The notes under the pieces are model-generated. The model had not been told where the DNA came from. It did no database searches and saw nothing but the letters and a program-made list of their open reading frames with translations. From Pseudomonas sp. (lineage in GTDB: Bacteria > Pseudomonadota > Gammaproteobacteria > Burkholderiales > Burkholderiaceae_B), in assembly GCA_036675275.1 (NCBI GenBank), contig JAKFFG010000027.1, forward strand, positions 4,113 to 68,112: a DNA stretch of 64,000 bases. The letters run 5' to 3'. Each line of letters starts with the position of its first letter. The first letter of the stretch is position 1. This document shows, one piece after another, positions 36,410 to 44,107 of this stretch. The translations under genes and the position numbers were made by a program.

Positions 36410-37228
36410 ATGCCGACTATTATTGTCATCGAGCCCCACCCCCTGCTCCGGCTCGGTATCTTGCAGCTTATATCAGATGTCGTTCCCGGTGTGAAGCTGG
36501 AGGGCGCCGACCATGCCTCCCCCCCGAGCGAAGGCAGCTCATCCGATCGATGCGACCTCCTCTTGCTGTCGATATCTTCGCAGGAAGATATACACGACTT
36601 GGTGACAGCCGCGGACCACTCATACTCGCCAAAAGCAGTGTTGCTGCTGGCCGAAAGCAGCGATATGCCGACATCGGCAAAAGGTCTGCCAGCTTCCGTA
36701 GCCGGCTATGTGCCCAAGAACGTGCCGCCCGAGGTATTGCAAGCGTCGATACGCCTGGTTCTGGCAGGCGGCACATGCTTTCCTTTGCGGCCCAATGTAA
36801 GCAAGCCGCCACAGGTATTGACGCCGCTATACGAGTCAGTCAAGTGGCCTCCGGCTCCCGAGACAAAAAGCAAGCTGCAGCCGGACGCCAATTCCGAATG
36901 TCAGATGCTGGGCCTTACTCCCCGCCAATACGAAGTGCTGGTATTGCTTGCCCGGGGATATCCCATGAAGACGGTGGGCCGCTATTTGAATATTTCTGTC
37001 GCCACAGCAAAGGCCCATACCGAAACGCTGTACCAGCGCCTCGATGTGCATAACCGTAACGCTGCAGTCTATGCCGCAGTGTCGCGGGGTGCTACGCTGG
37101 GCTGGGCGTCGATCAGCGGGAACCAGGAGTCTGGCTCGGCACCCATAAAGCCTGAACTCGAAGCCCAGAACACCGTGGACTTCCGCCACGGTGTACAAGC
37201 CCGACAGCGTGCCGGAATTCGTCCTTGA
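36410..37228 (+). CDS. LuxR/FixJ-family regulator with atypical (pseudo-)receiver domain, CsgD-like
   Basis: C-terminal LuxR HTH LTPRQYEVLVLLARGYPMKTVGRYLNISVATAKAHTETLYQRL. The N-terminal receiver-like fold has EP instead of the acidic pair. It also has Ser at the phospho-acceptor position (DLLLLSISS). Confidence 0.75.
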   Translation: MPTIIVIEPHPLLRLGILQLISDVVPGVKLEGADHASPPSEGSSSDRCDLLLLSISSQEDIHDLVTAADHSYSPKAVLLLAESSDMPTSAKGLPASVAGYVPKNVPPEVLQASIRLVLAGGTCFPLRPNVSKPPQVLTPLYESVKWPPAPETKSKLQPDANSECQMLGLTPRQYEVLVLLARGYPMKTVGRYLNISVATAKAHTETLYQRLDVHNRNAAVYAAVSRGATLGWASISGNQESGSAPIKPELEAQNTVDFRHGVQARQRAGIRP

Positions 37229-37236
37229 AATGATAC

Positions 37237-37261
37237 CGGCCTGCACGTGCTGGCAGGCCGG
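37237..37261. terminator. GC-rich hairpin between the convergent csgD-like and osmC genes (possible bidirectional terminator)
   Basis: CGGCCTGC-acgtgctg-GCAGGCCG flanked by an A7 run on the plus strand (T7 on the minus strand). Confidence 0.45.
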
Positions 37262-37285
37262 GACAAAAAAACCGAAACAGATGGA

Positions 37286-37711
37286 TCAGGCCTCGAGCGT
37301 GGCGTCCATCGTGATCTTGGCATTAAGCACCTTGGAGACCGGGCAACCCGCTTTCGCCTGGTTTGCGATTTCGTCGAACTTGCCTTCATCGGCGCCCGGT
37401 ATGCGCGCGACAACCGTAAGATGGCTTGCCGTGATGGCAAAGCCGTCGCCAACCTTTTCCAGGGTCACCGCTGCACTTGTCTTTATGCTTTCCGCCGTCA
37501 GACCCGCTTCACCCAGCATCAGAGACAGCGCCATTGAAAAGCAGCCGGCATGCGCCGCAGCGATAAGCTCTTCTGGATTTGTTCCGGGGCCGTCTTCGAA
37601 CCGCGCCTTGAAGCCGTAGGGCGCATTACTCAACACCCCGGTTTCGGTCGAAATCGTGCCGCCACCTTCCTTGATACTTCCCTTCCAGACTGCCGATGCA
37701 TTTTTGATCAT
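37286..37711 (-). CDS. osmC: OsmC-family peroxiredoxin
   Basis: 141 aa with two conserved Cys contexts (AAAHAGCFSMAL and KAGCPVSK). Confidence 0.9.
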   Translation of the reverse strand: MIKNASAVWKGSIKEGGGTISTETGVLSNAPYGFKARFEDGPGTNPEELIAAAHAGCFSMALSLMLGEAGLTAESIKTSAAVTLEKVGDGFAITASHLTVVARIPGADEGKFDEIANQAKAGCPVSKVLNAKITMDATLEA

Positions 37712-37740
37712 GACTGCTCCTTATGTGGACGGATGTAGCG

Positions 37741-38295
37741 TTACAACAAACCCATTTGCAAGCGCGCCGGCTCGCTGATCATTTCGCGGCTCCATGGTGG
37801 ATCCCAGACCAGGTCGACAGTGACCTCGTCAACGCCGTGTATGGACAACAATTTGCTGCGGGCCTCGTCGGCAATCATTGTGCCCATACCGCAACCGGGC
37901 GCCGTAAGCGTCATCTGCGCCTCGATGCGAAACTTGTCTTCACCCAAGGGCAAAACCTTGCAGCCGTACACCAACCCAAGGTTGACGATGTCTATCGGAA
38001 TTTCCGGATCGTAGCAAGTGGCAAGCAGGCTCCAGGCCGCGTCTTCGACCGACTGGGCCGTGACCGGACCCTCGGGCACGTGCGACTGCGCCTCGATGGG
38101 CTCGAAGCCCAGCGCATCGCCGTCTATGCCTTCAATCCGGTACAAATTGCCTTCGACGACCACCGTATAACTGCCGCCCAGCTGCTGTGTGATGGTGGCC
38201 GAACAACCTTCTTCAATGGTGACGGGCGAGCCGTAAGGCACCGTCACAGCCGGGCAGTCCCGATTTACGATTACTTCTTGGCGTGCATAACTCAT
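37741..38295 (-). CDS. sufT: Putative Fe-S cluster assembly protein SufT (DUF59/MIP18 family)
   Basis: The ATG at 38295 gives a 184 aa protein with the DUF59 core CYDPEIPIDIVNLGLVY and TLTAPGCGMG. It is the last gene of the suf operon. The longer ORF-track start overlaps sufU. Confidence 0.8.
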   Translation of the reverse strand: MSYARQEVIVNRDCPAVTVPYGSPVTIEEGCSATITQQLGGSYTVVVEGNLYRIEGIDGDALGFEPIEAQSHVPEGPVTAQSVEDAAWSLLATCYDPEIPIDIVNLGLVYGCKVLPLGEDKFRIEAQMTLTAPGCGMGTMIADEARSKLLSIHGVDEVTVDLVWDPPWSREMISEPARLQMGLL

Positions 38296-38306
38296 GGATA
38301 ACCTCT

Positions 38307-38762
38307 TTATTCGGTACGGGCTACGTCCCTGGCCTGCGTAATCGCGTTGTGCAATGTATGCCAGGCCAAGGTGGCGCATTTCACCCGGGCGGGAAACTCG
38401 CGAACGCCGGAAAGCACTTCCAGCTTGCCGAAATCGCGGCCTTCCGGATGTGATTCGGTAAGCATGGCGTGCATATCGCGAAACAGGGACTCGACCTCGC
38501 CCACAGGTTTGCCCTTGACCGCTTCCGTCATGAGGGACGCCGATGCCGTGGAAATGGCGCAACCGTGCCCGACGAAGCTCGCTTCATGCACTACCCCATC
38601 TTTGACCTGGGCATAAATGGTGAGCTGATCTCCGCACAAAGGGTTGTGCCCCACCGCGGTGTGGCTTGCGTCGTCCATTGCGTGGAAGTTGCGTGGATGG
38701 CGGTTGTGATCGAAGATCACTTCTTGGTAGAGCTCGCGTAAATCGCCGTACTGTTCAGTCAT
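38307..38762 (-). CDS. sufU: SUF-system sulfur-transfer/scaffold protein SufU (NifU/IscU N-terminal-like)
   Basis: 151 aa with three Cys ligand contexts (NPLCGD, GHGCAIS, KCATL). Its ATG overlaps the end of sufS by 8 nt. Confidence 0.8.
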   Translation of the reverse strand: MTEQYGDLRELYQEVIFDHNRHPRNFHAMDDASHTAVGHNPLCGDQLTIYAQVKDGVVHEASFVGHGCAISTASASLMTEAVKGKPVGEVESLFRDMHAMLTESHPEGRDFGKLEVLSGVREFPARVKCATLAWHTLHNAITQARDVARTE

Positions 38763-40017
38763 CCTGAGGTCCTGTTCCAAACAATCTTTGTGCTTTGCGC
38801 AAGCCGGCCACAAGCGCGTCGACGTCGTCTTGCGTGTTGTACAGGGCGAACGATGCCCGCGCGGTGCCCGGAATGCCGAAACGCGTCATCAAAGGCATTG
38901 CGCAATGGTGTCCGGCTCGTATGGCGACGCCTTCCATATCCAGGATAGTGCCCAGATCGTGCGGATGTATGCCGTCGACCACAAATGACAGTATGCCGGC
39001 CTTGTGCGGGGAGGTGCCTATCAGGCGGATGCCGGGCAACGCAGAGAGCTCAGCTGTGGCCGCGTCCAGCAGGGATTGCTCGTGGGCGGCAATGATGTCC
39101 AATCCGATTTCCTGCATGTAGCAGATGGCGGCGTCCATGCCAACGACGCCGGCTATATTCGGCGTGCCGGCCTCGAAACGCTGAGGCACGTCAGCATACG
39201 TGCTGCGCTCGAAACTTACCGTATGTATCATGTCGCCGCCACCCTGCCAGGGAGGCATGTTGGCAAGGATATCGTAACGTACATACAAGGCGCCGATGCC
39301 GGTAGGACCATAGAGCTTATGCCCGGAAAAGGCATAGAAATCGCAATCCAGCGCCTGGACATCTACCGGTTGATGAGCGACGGCCTGTGCGCCGTCGACC
39401 AATACCTTTGCGCCGGCTTCGTGGGCCATTCTTACCATTTCGGCGACAGGATTGACGGTACCCAGCGCGTTGGAAACATGGACTACGCCCACCAGCCGGG
39501 TTCGCGGCCCAAGCAGTGCGCGGTACTCGTTGATATCGAGCTCGCCCGAGTCTGTTACCGGAACCACGCGCAGGACAGCGCCCGTGCGCTCGCACAACAA
39601 CTGCCACGGCACGATATTGGAGTGATGCTCCATGCCGGTGATGAGGATTTCATCGCCCTGCTTCAGTTCCGACTGAGCCCAGCTCCAGCACACCAGATTG
39701 ATGGCTTCAGTCGTACCGCGTGTAAAGACAATTTCTTCGGAACGCGCTGCATTGAGCAACTGCCGCACGCGCTCACGCCCTTGTTCGTAGAGATCGGTGG
39801 CATGTTGCGACAGCCAGTGCACGCCGCGATGGATATTGGCGTTGGACTGCTCATAAAACCGGCTCTCGGCCTGAATGACGGCCTGCGGCTTCTGCGTAGT
39901 GGCCCCATTGTCGAGGTACACGAGGCGACGGCCTTGAACCTGGCGCGACAGAATGGGAAAGTCGCCGGCGCGGCTCAATACGGGTGCGTGACTTGCAACT
40001 GACGATGGCGCATTCAT
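38755..40017 (-). CDS. sufS: Cysteine desulfurase SufS (class V aminotransferase, group II)
   Basis: 420 aa with PLP-Lys context FSGHKLYGPTG and catalytic Cys loop RAGHHCAMP. Confidence 0.9.
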   Translation of the reverse strand: MNAPSSVASHAPVLSRAGDFPILSRQVQGRRLVYLDNGATTQKPQAVIQAESRFYEQSNANIHRGVHWLSQHATDLYEQGRERVRQLLNAARSEEIVFTRGTTEAINLVCWSWAQSELKQGDEILITGMEHHSNIVPWQLLCERTGAVLRVVPVTDSGELDINEYRALLGPRTRLVGVVHVSNALGTVNPVAEMVRMAHEAGAKVLVDGAQAVAHQPVDVQALDCDFYAFSGHKLYGPTGIGALYVRYDILANMPPWQGGGDMIHTVSFERSTYADVPQRFEAGTPNIAGVVGMDAAICYMQEIGLDIIAAHEQSLLDAATAELSALPGIRLIGTSPHKAGILSFVVDGIHPHDLGTILDMEGVAIRAGHHCAMPLMTRFGIPGTARASFALYNTQDDVDALVAGLRKAQRLFGTGPQDD

Positions 40018-41321
40018 GCAAGAACCCCCAGGCTGGCGCCTCCCGGCAATAACGAACGAATGGCATGCACGACCCGCTGGCGTATGGGTTCCAGTTCGAT
40101 ACGCTCAACAGCCTGGGCCGCAAAAGCATAAGTCAATATATTGCGTGCGTGGACTTCGTCCAGGCCACGCGATTGCAGATAAAACATGCTGTTTTCGTCA
40201 ATCTGACCCACCGTGGCACCATGCGCGCACTTGACGTCGTCGGCATATATTTCAAGCTCGGGCCGGGCGTCGGACTTTGCCAGCCGCGACAATAAAAGGC
40301 TGTCAGAGCGCTGAACGGCGTCGGTGCCGTCCGCACCCGGCGAGACAAGAATACGCCCTCCGAACACACCCCGCGCCTTGTCGGCGAGTATGCCGCGGTA
40401 ATACTCGCGGCTGACGCCATGCGGCTGTGCATGACCGATAAGCGTATGGTGGTCGACATGACGACGTCCGTCGACGTAATACAAGCCGTTCAACAAGGTC
40501 TCGCAACGCTGTCCACCGAATGTCGCGACGATGTCGTGGCGTGCCAGGCGCGCCCCGAACGACATGGAGTGCGAGTTGAACACGGAGCCCTTGCCCTGCT
40601 CAACGTTGAGCGCGCCCAGGTGAAAAGCCTCTTCATTTTCCTGCTGCAGCTTGACATGCGTGATGCGGGCGTCCGCGGCAAGATTCGCACGGGTCACCGT
40701 ATTGGTAAGAGTCGTGCTGCTGCCCTGGCCCACGTAATGTTCGACGATGGTTGCCTGCGCATTCGACTCGGCGGTGATGAGATTGCGCGGGAAACTGGCT
40801 GCCTGTTCGCTGGCGGCGATAAACAGCAGATGTACCGGGTTCTCGAGCACGACGCCTCGAGCCAGATGTATGAAGGCGCCGTCGGATGCCAAAGCCACGT
40901 TCAGCGCAGCCGCGCTGGACCCCTGGCTTTCAGTACCGAAGGCATCCTGGACCTGATCCGGTGAAGATACAAGGGCTTGCGACAGGCTGCGCACGTCGGC
41001 GCCAGCCGGCAGCGACCCCAGGTCCGACAATTCGGCAACATACCGGCCATCTACAAAAACGAGCCAATGGCCGGCCTCGGCGCCGCGCACTTGCTTGACC
41101 AAGTCAGCGGCAGACACCTCGGTTGCCGGCGCGAATGACTGCTGCTCGAGCGTAGCCAGCGACGTATGGCGCCAACTTTCTTGTTTGGTGGTCGGCCAGC
41201 CTTCCTCGGCAAACCGCTGCATGGCATTTTTTCGCATGGCGGCGAGCCAAGGCACATTGGCCCCTGTCAAACCCTGCTCGCGAACCGCAAATTCGGCCAC
41301 CCAGGTTTGTGCAGTGCTCAT
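40014..41321 (-). CDS. sufD: Fe-S cluster assembly protein SufD
   Basis: About 435 aa. The C-terminal beta-helix region with ELEIYADDVKCAHGATVGQID is typical of SufB/D. The start is taken at MSTAQTW, adjacent to the sufC stop. Confidence 0.85.
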   Translation of the reverse strand: MSTAQTWVAEFAVREQGLTGANVPWLAAMRKNAMQRFAEEGWPTTKQESWRHTSLATLEQQSFAPATEVSAADLVKQVRGAEAGHWLVFVDGRYVAELSDLGSLPAGADVRSLSQALVSSPDQVQDAFGTESQGSSAAALNVALASDGAFIHLARGVVLENPVHLLFIAASEQAASFPRNLITAESNAQATIVEHYVGQGSSTTLTNTVTRANLAADARITHVKLQQENEEAFHLGALNVEQGKGSVFNSHSMSFGARLARHDIVATFGGQRCETLLNGLYYVDGRRHVDHHTLIGHAQPHGVSREYYRGILADKARGVFGGRILVSPGADGTDAVQRSDSLLLSRLAKSDARPELEIYADDVKCAHGATVGQIDENSMFYLQSRGLDEVHARNILTYAFAAQAVERIELEPIRQRVVHAIRSLLPGGASLGVLA

Positions 41322-42088
41322 GCCGCAGCTCCTTTTCCAGTGGCGGGCAAGTCGCTGATCCACCCATAGCCGCGCTCTTCGAGTTCGAGGGCCAATTCGC
41401 GTCCACCGGACCGGACGATCTTGCCGCCGGCCAACACATGTACAAAATCGGGCACGATATAGTCGAGCAGACGCTGATAGTGGGTGATGACGATAAGGGC
41501 GCGATCAGGTGAACGCAAGCGGTTGACACCGTCGGCCACGACCTTCAATGCGTCGATATCGAGTCCTGAATCGGTTTCGTCGAGAATGGCGAGCTTGGGC
41601 TCCAGCAGCGTCATCTGCAGGATCTCGTTGCGCTTTTTCTCGCCACCCGAAAAGCCCTCGTTCACCGAGCGATACAGGAACTCTTCCTTCATGCCCACGG
41701 TCTTCATCTCGCTTTTTACACGCTTGAGGAAGTCCATGGCGTCGAGTTCGGGCAGGCCTTGATGGCGGCGTACCGCGTTGACCGCAGCCTTGAGGAAATA
41801 GGCATTCGACACACCCGGGATTTCAATGGGATACTGGAAAGCCATGAAAAGGCCCGAACGCGCACGCTCTTCGATAGGCATATCCAGCAGGTTCTGGCCC
41901 ATCCAGTCGACGGAACCGCTTTCGACCGTATAGCTTTCACGCCCGGCCAACACTTGCGACAAGGTACTTTTTCCGGAACCGTTGGGTCCCATGATGGCAT
42001 GCACTTCGCCCGCGTTGACCGTTAAATTCAGGCCGCGCAGTATCGATTTGTTCTCGACCGAGGCGTGCAGATCTTTGATATTCAGCAT
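41318..42088 (-). CDS. sufC: Fe-S cluster assembly ATPase SufC
   Basis: 256 aa: MLNIKDLHASV..., Walker A GPNGSGKST, FSGGEKKRNEI, Walker B LAILDETDSGLD. Confidence 0.95.
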   Translation of the reverse strand: MLNIKDLHASVENKSILRGLNLTVNAGEVHAIMGPNGSGKSTLSQVLAGRESYTVESGSVDWMGQNLLDMPIEERARSGLFMAFQYPIEIPGVSNAYFLKAAVNAVRRHQGLPELDAMDFLKRVKSEMKTVGMKEEFLYRSVNEGFSGGEKKRNEILQMTLLEPKLAILDETDSGLDIDALKVVADGVNRLRSPDRALIVITHYQRLLDYIVPDFVHVLAGGKIVRSGGRELALELEERGYGWISDLPATGKGAAA

Positions 42089-42100
42089 TACAACTTCTCC

Positions 42101-43546
42101 TTAACCTACGCTGCCTTCCAGACTTACGCCGAGCAGATTCTGCGCCTCGACTGCAAATTCCATGGGCAATTCCTTGAAAACTTCCTTGCAGAAACCATTG
42201 ACGATCATGGAGACTGCGTCTTCGGCCGACAGGCCGCGCTGCATGGCATAAAACAATTGGTCTTCCCCGATGCGCGAGGCGGTGGCTTCGTGCTCCACAC
42301 TGGCCGAGGGGTTTTGAACCTCGATGGTGGGAAAGGTGTGCGCCGCGCAGCGCTTGCCGATAAGCAACGAATCGCACTGCGTATAGTTGCGTGCGTTTTC
42401 GGCCTTGGGCGTCATGCGAACCAGGCCGCGGAAAGTGTTGCTGCCGAAGCCGGCCGAAATACCCTTGGAGATAATGGTGCTGCGTGTGTTGCGGCCCATA
42501 TGTATCATTTTCGAGCCTGTATCGGCTTGCTGGCGGTGGTTGCTGAGCGCCACGGAATAGAATTCGCCGGTGGAATCATCGCCGCGCAGAATCACGCTGG
42601 GGTATTTCCAGGTAATGGCGGAACCGGTTTCCACCTGGGTCCAGGAAATGCGCGAACGCGCCCCGCGACAGTCGCCGCGTTTGGTGACGAAGTTATAAAT
42701 GCCGCCCTTGCCGTCTTTATCGCCGGGATACCAGTTCTGTACGGTGGAATACTTGATTTTGGCGTCGTCCAGCGCTACCAGTTCCACCACCGCGGCGTGC
42801 AACTGGTTTTCGTCGCGCATGGGCGCCGTACAGCCCTCAAGGTAGCTGACCGATGCGCCTTCGTCGGCAATGATGAGCGTGCGCTCGAACTGGCCGGTAT
42901 TCTGGGCATTGATGCGGAAATAGGTCGACAACTCCATGGGACATCGCACACCCTTGGGTATGTACACGAACGATCCGTCCGAGAATACGGCGGAATTCAG
43001 GGCGGCGTAATAGTTGTCGTTTGTGGGCACTACCGTGCCCAAATACTTGCGCACCAGTTCGGGGTGGTCTTTGACCGCCTCCGAGAACGAACAGAAGATC
43101 ACGCCGACTTCGGCCAACTGCTTGCGAAACGTCGTGGCGACCGACACTGAATCGAATACGGCATCGACGGCTACGCCGGCAAGCCGGGCGCGCTCGTGCA
43201 GCGGAACACCCAGCTTTTCGTAGGTACGCAAGAGCTCAGGGTCGACCTCGTCCAGGCTTTTGGGGCCGTCTTTTTTCTTGGGCGCGGAATAATAGCTGAT
43301 GTCCTGGAAATCGATGCGCGGAAAACTGACCTGCGCCCATTCGGGAAGCGTCATGGTGAGCCAGTGACGGTAGGCCGCAAGACGCCATTCCAGCATGAAT
43401 TCGGGCTCGCCTTTCTTTGCCGATAACAAACGTATCGTGTCTTCGGACAAGCCTTTTGGTATGGTGTCCGACTCTATCGACGTCACGAAACCGGCCGAAT
43501 ATTCGCGGTCCAGAAATGTGTCGATGCTGTCGTTTACGGTATTCAT
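42101..43546 (-). CDS. sufB: Fe-S cluster assembly scaffold SufB
   Basis: About 481 aa. [17 protein letters not shown] and ...[22 protein letters not shown] are strongly SufB-like. The start at 43546 forms an ATGA overlap with the rrf2 stop; an alternative ATG lies at 43561. Confidence 0.95.
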   Translation of the reverse strand: MNTVNDSIDTFLDREYSAGFVTSIESDTIPKGLSEDTIRLLSAKKGEPEFMLEWRLAAYRHWLTMTLPEWAQVSFPRIDFQDISYYSAPKKKDGPKSLDEVDPELLRTYEKLGVPLHERARLAGVAVDAVFDSVSVATTFRKQLAEVGVIFCSFSEAVKDHPELVRKYLGTVVPTNDNYYAALNSAVFSDGSFVYIPKGVRCPMELSTYFRINAQNTGQFERTLIIADEGASVSYLEGCTAPMRDENQLHAAVVELVALDDAKIKYSTVQNWYPGDKDGKGGIYNFVTKRGDCRGARSRISWTQVETGSAITWKYPSVILRGDDSTGEFYSVALSNHRQQADTGSKMIHMGRNTRSTIISKGISAGFGSNTFRGLVRMTPKAENARNYTQCDSLLIGKRCAAHTFPTIEVQNPSASVEHEATASRIGEDQLFYAMQRGLSAEDAVSMIVNGFCKEVFKELPMEFAVEAQNLLGVSLEGSVG

Positions 43547-44040
43547 TCGGGAAAACTCCATGTCGTGGCCTGCGCGGCCCGGGTTCTTACTTTTGATTCG
43601 GGCAAACGCCGGGATACCAGCGGAAATTCAATAGGTGTGGGGCTAAGCATATCGGCAACGCTGACGTCTTCGAGTGTGTGGCGGATAATGGAATTGATGC
43701 GCTGCCAATTGGTGCGTATATGGCAACCGGCCTCGACACTGCAAGCCCCGGGCATGGAGGTGCATTCGGTGAGGCCGAAAGGCTGATCTTCCAAAGCGTC
43801 TATAATGTGCGCAATGCTGATGGTGCCGGCAGGCCGGCCCAGCATGTATCCGCCGCGCGCACCCCGGCTGCTTTTGACCAGTTCGTGCTGGCCCAGCAGC
43901 TTTAGCACTTTACTGACAGTAGGCTGGCCAAGCCCTAGCGTAGCAGCCAGATCGGCGGCGCTGAACACGCGATCGGGTGCGCCCGCCATATGGGTAAGCA
44001 CCAAGGTGCCATAGTCAATAATCTTGCTGATACGCAGCAT
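43543..44040 (-). CDS. Rrf2-family (IscR/SufR-like) SUF system Fe-S assembly regulator
   Basis: [19 protein letters not shown]... is an Rrf2 wHTH. The Cys cluster C-x6-C-x5-C ([19 protein letters not shown]) suggests Fe-S cluster ligation. The ATG at 44040 has GGAGAG upstream. Confidence 0.85.
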   Translation of the reverse strand: MLRISKIIDYGTLVLTHMAGAPDRVFSAADLAATLGLGQPTVSKVLKLLGQHELVKSSRGARGGYMLGRPAGTISIAHIIDALEDQPFGLTECTSMPGACSVEAGCHIRTNWQRINSIIRHTLEDVSVADMLSPTPIEFPLVSRRLPESKVRTRAAQATTWSFPE

Positions 44041-44072
44041 CTGCGTACTCTCCAATAGTTTCTTGCGAATCA

Positions 44073-44107
44073 GACAATATAGTACCGTTTCGGTACTATA
44101 TTGTCAA
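44073..44107 (-). promoter_or_regulatory. Near-consensus sigma70 promoter overlapped by a perfect 15-3-15 palindrome (candidate Rrf2 operator) upstream of rrf2-suf
   Basis: The minus strand reads TTGACA-aatatagtaccgaaacgg-TACTAT (17-nt spacer). The palindrome GACAATATAGTACCG-TTT-CGGTACTATATTGTC at 44073-44105 spans from -35 to -10. The -35 overlaps the stop codon of the upstream ABC gene. Confidence 0.6.

Noticed and set aside
36325-37053. 242-aa alternate-frame ORF overlapping the CsgD-like gene.
   Set aside because: Its translation is an Arg/Ala/Pro-rich frame-shifted reading. The 36410 frame gives a clear LuxR HTH and a receiver-like fold.
37229-37300. I looked for a direct repeat of the tRNA-Pro 3' end (…GGTTCGAATCCTTCCGTTCCGACCA) as an attR at the far edge of the pga-csg block.
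   Set aside because: No recognisable match was seen by eye, and no integrase gene is present in the window. The genomic-island interpretation therefore remains only positional.
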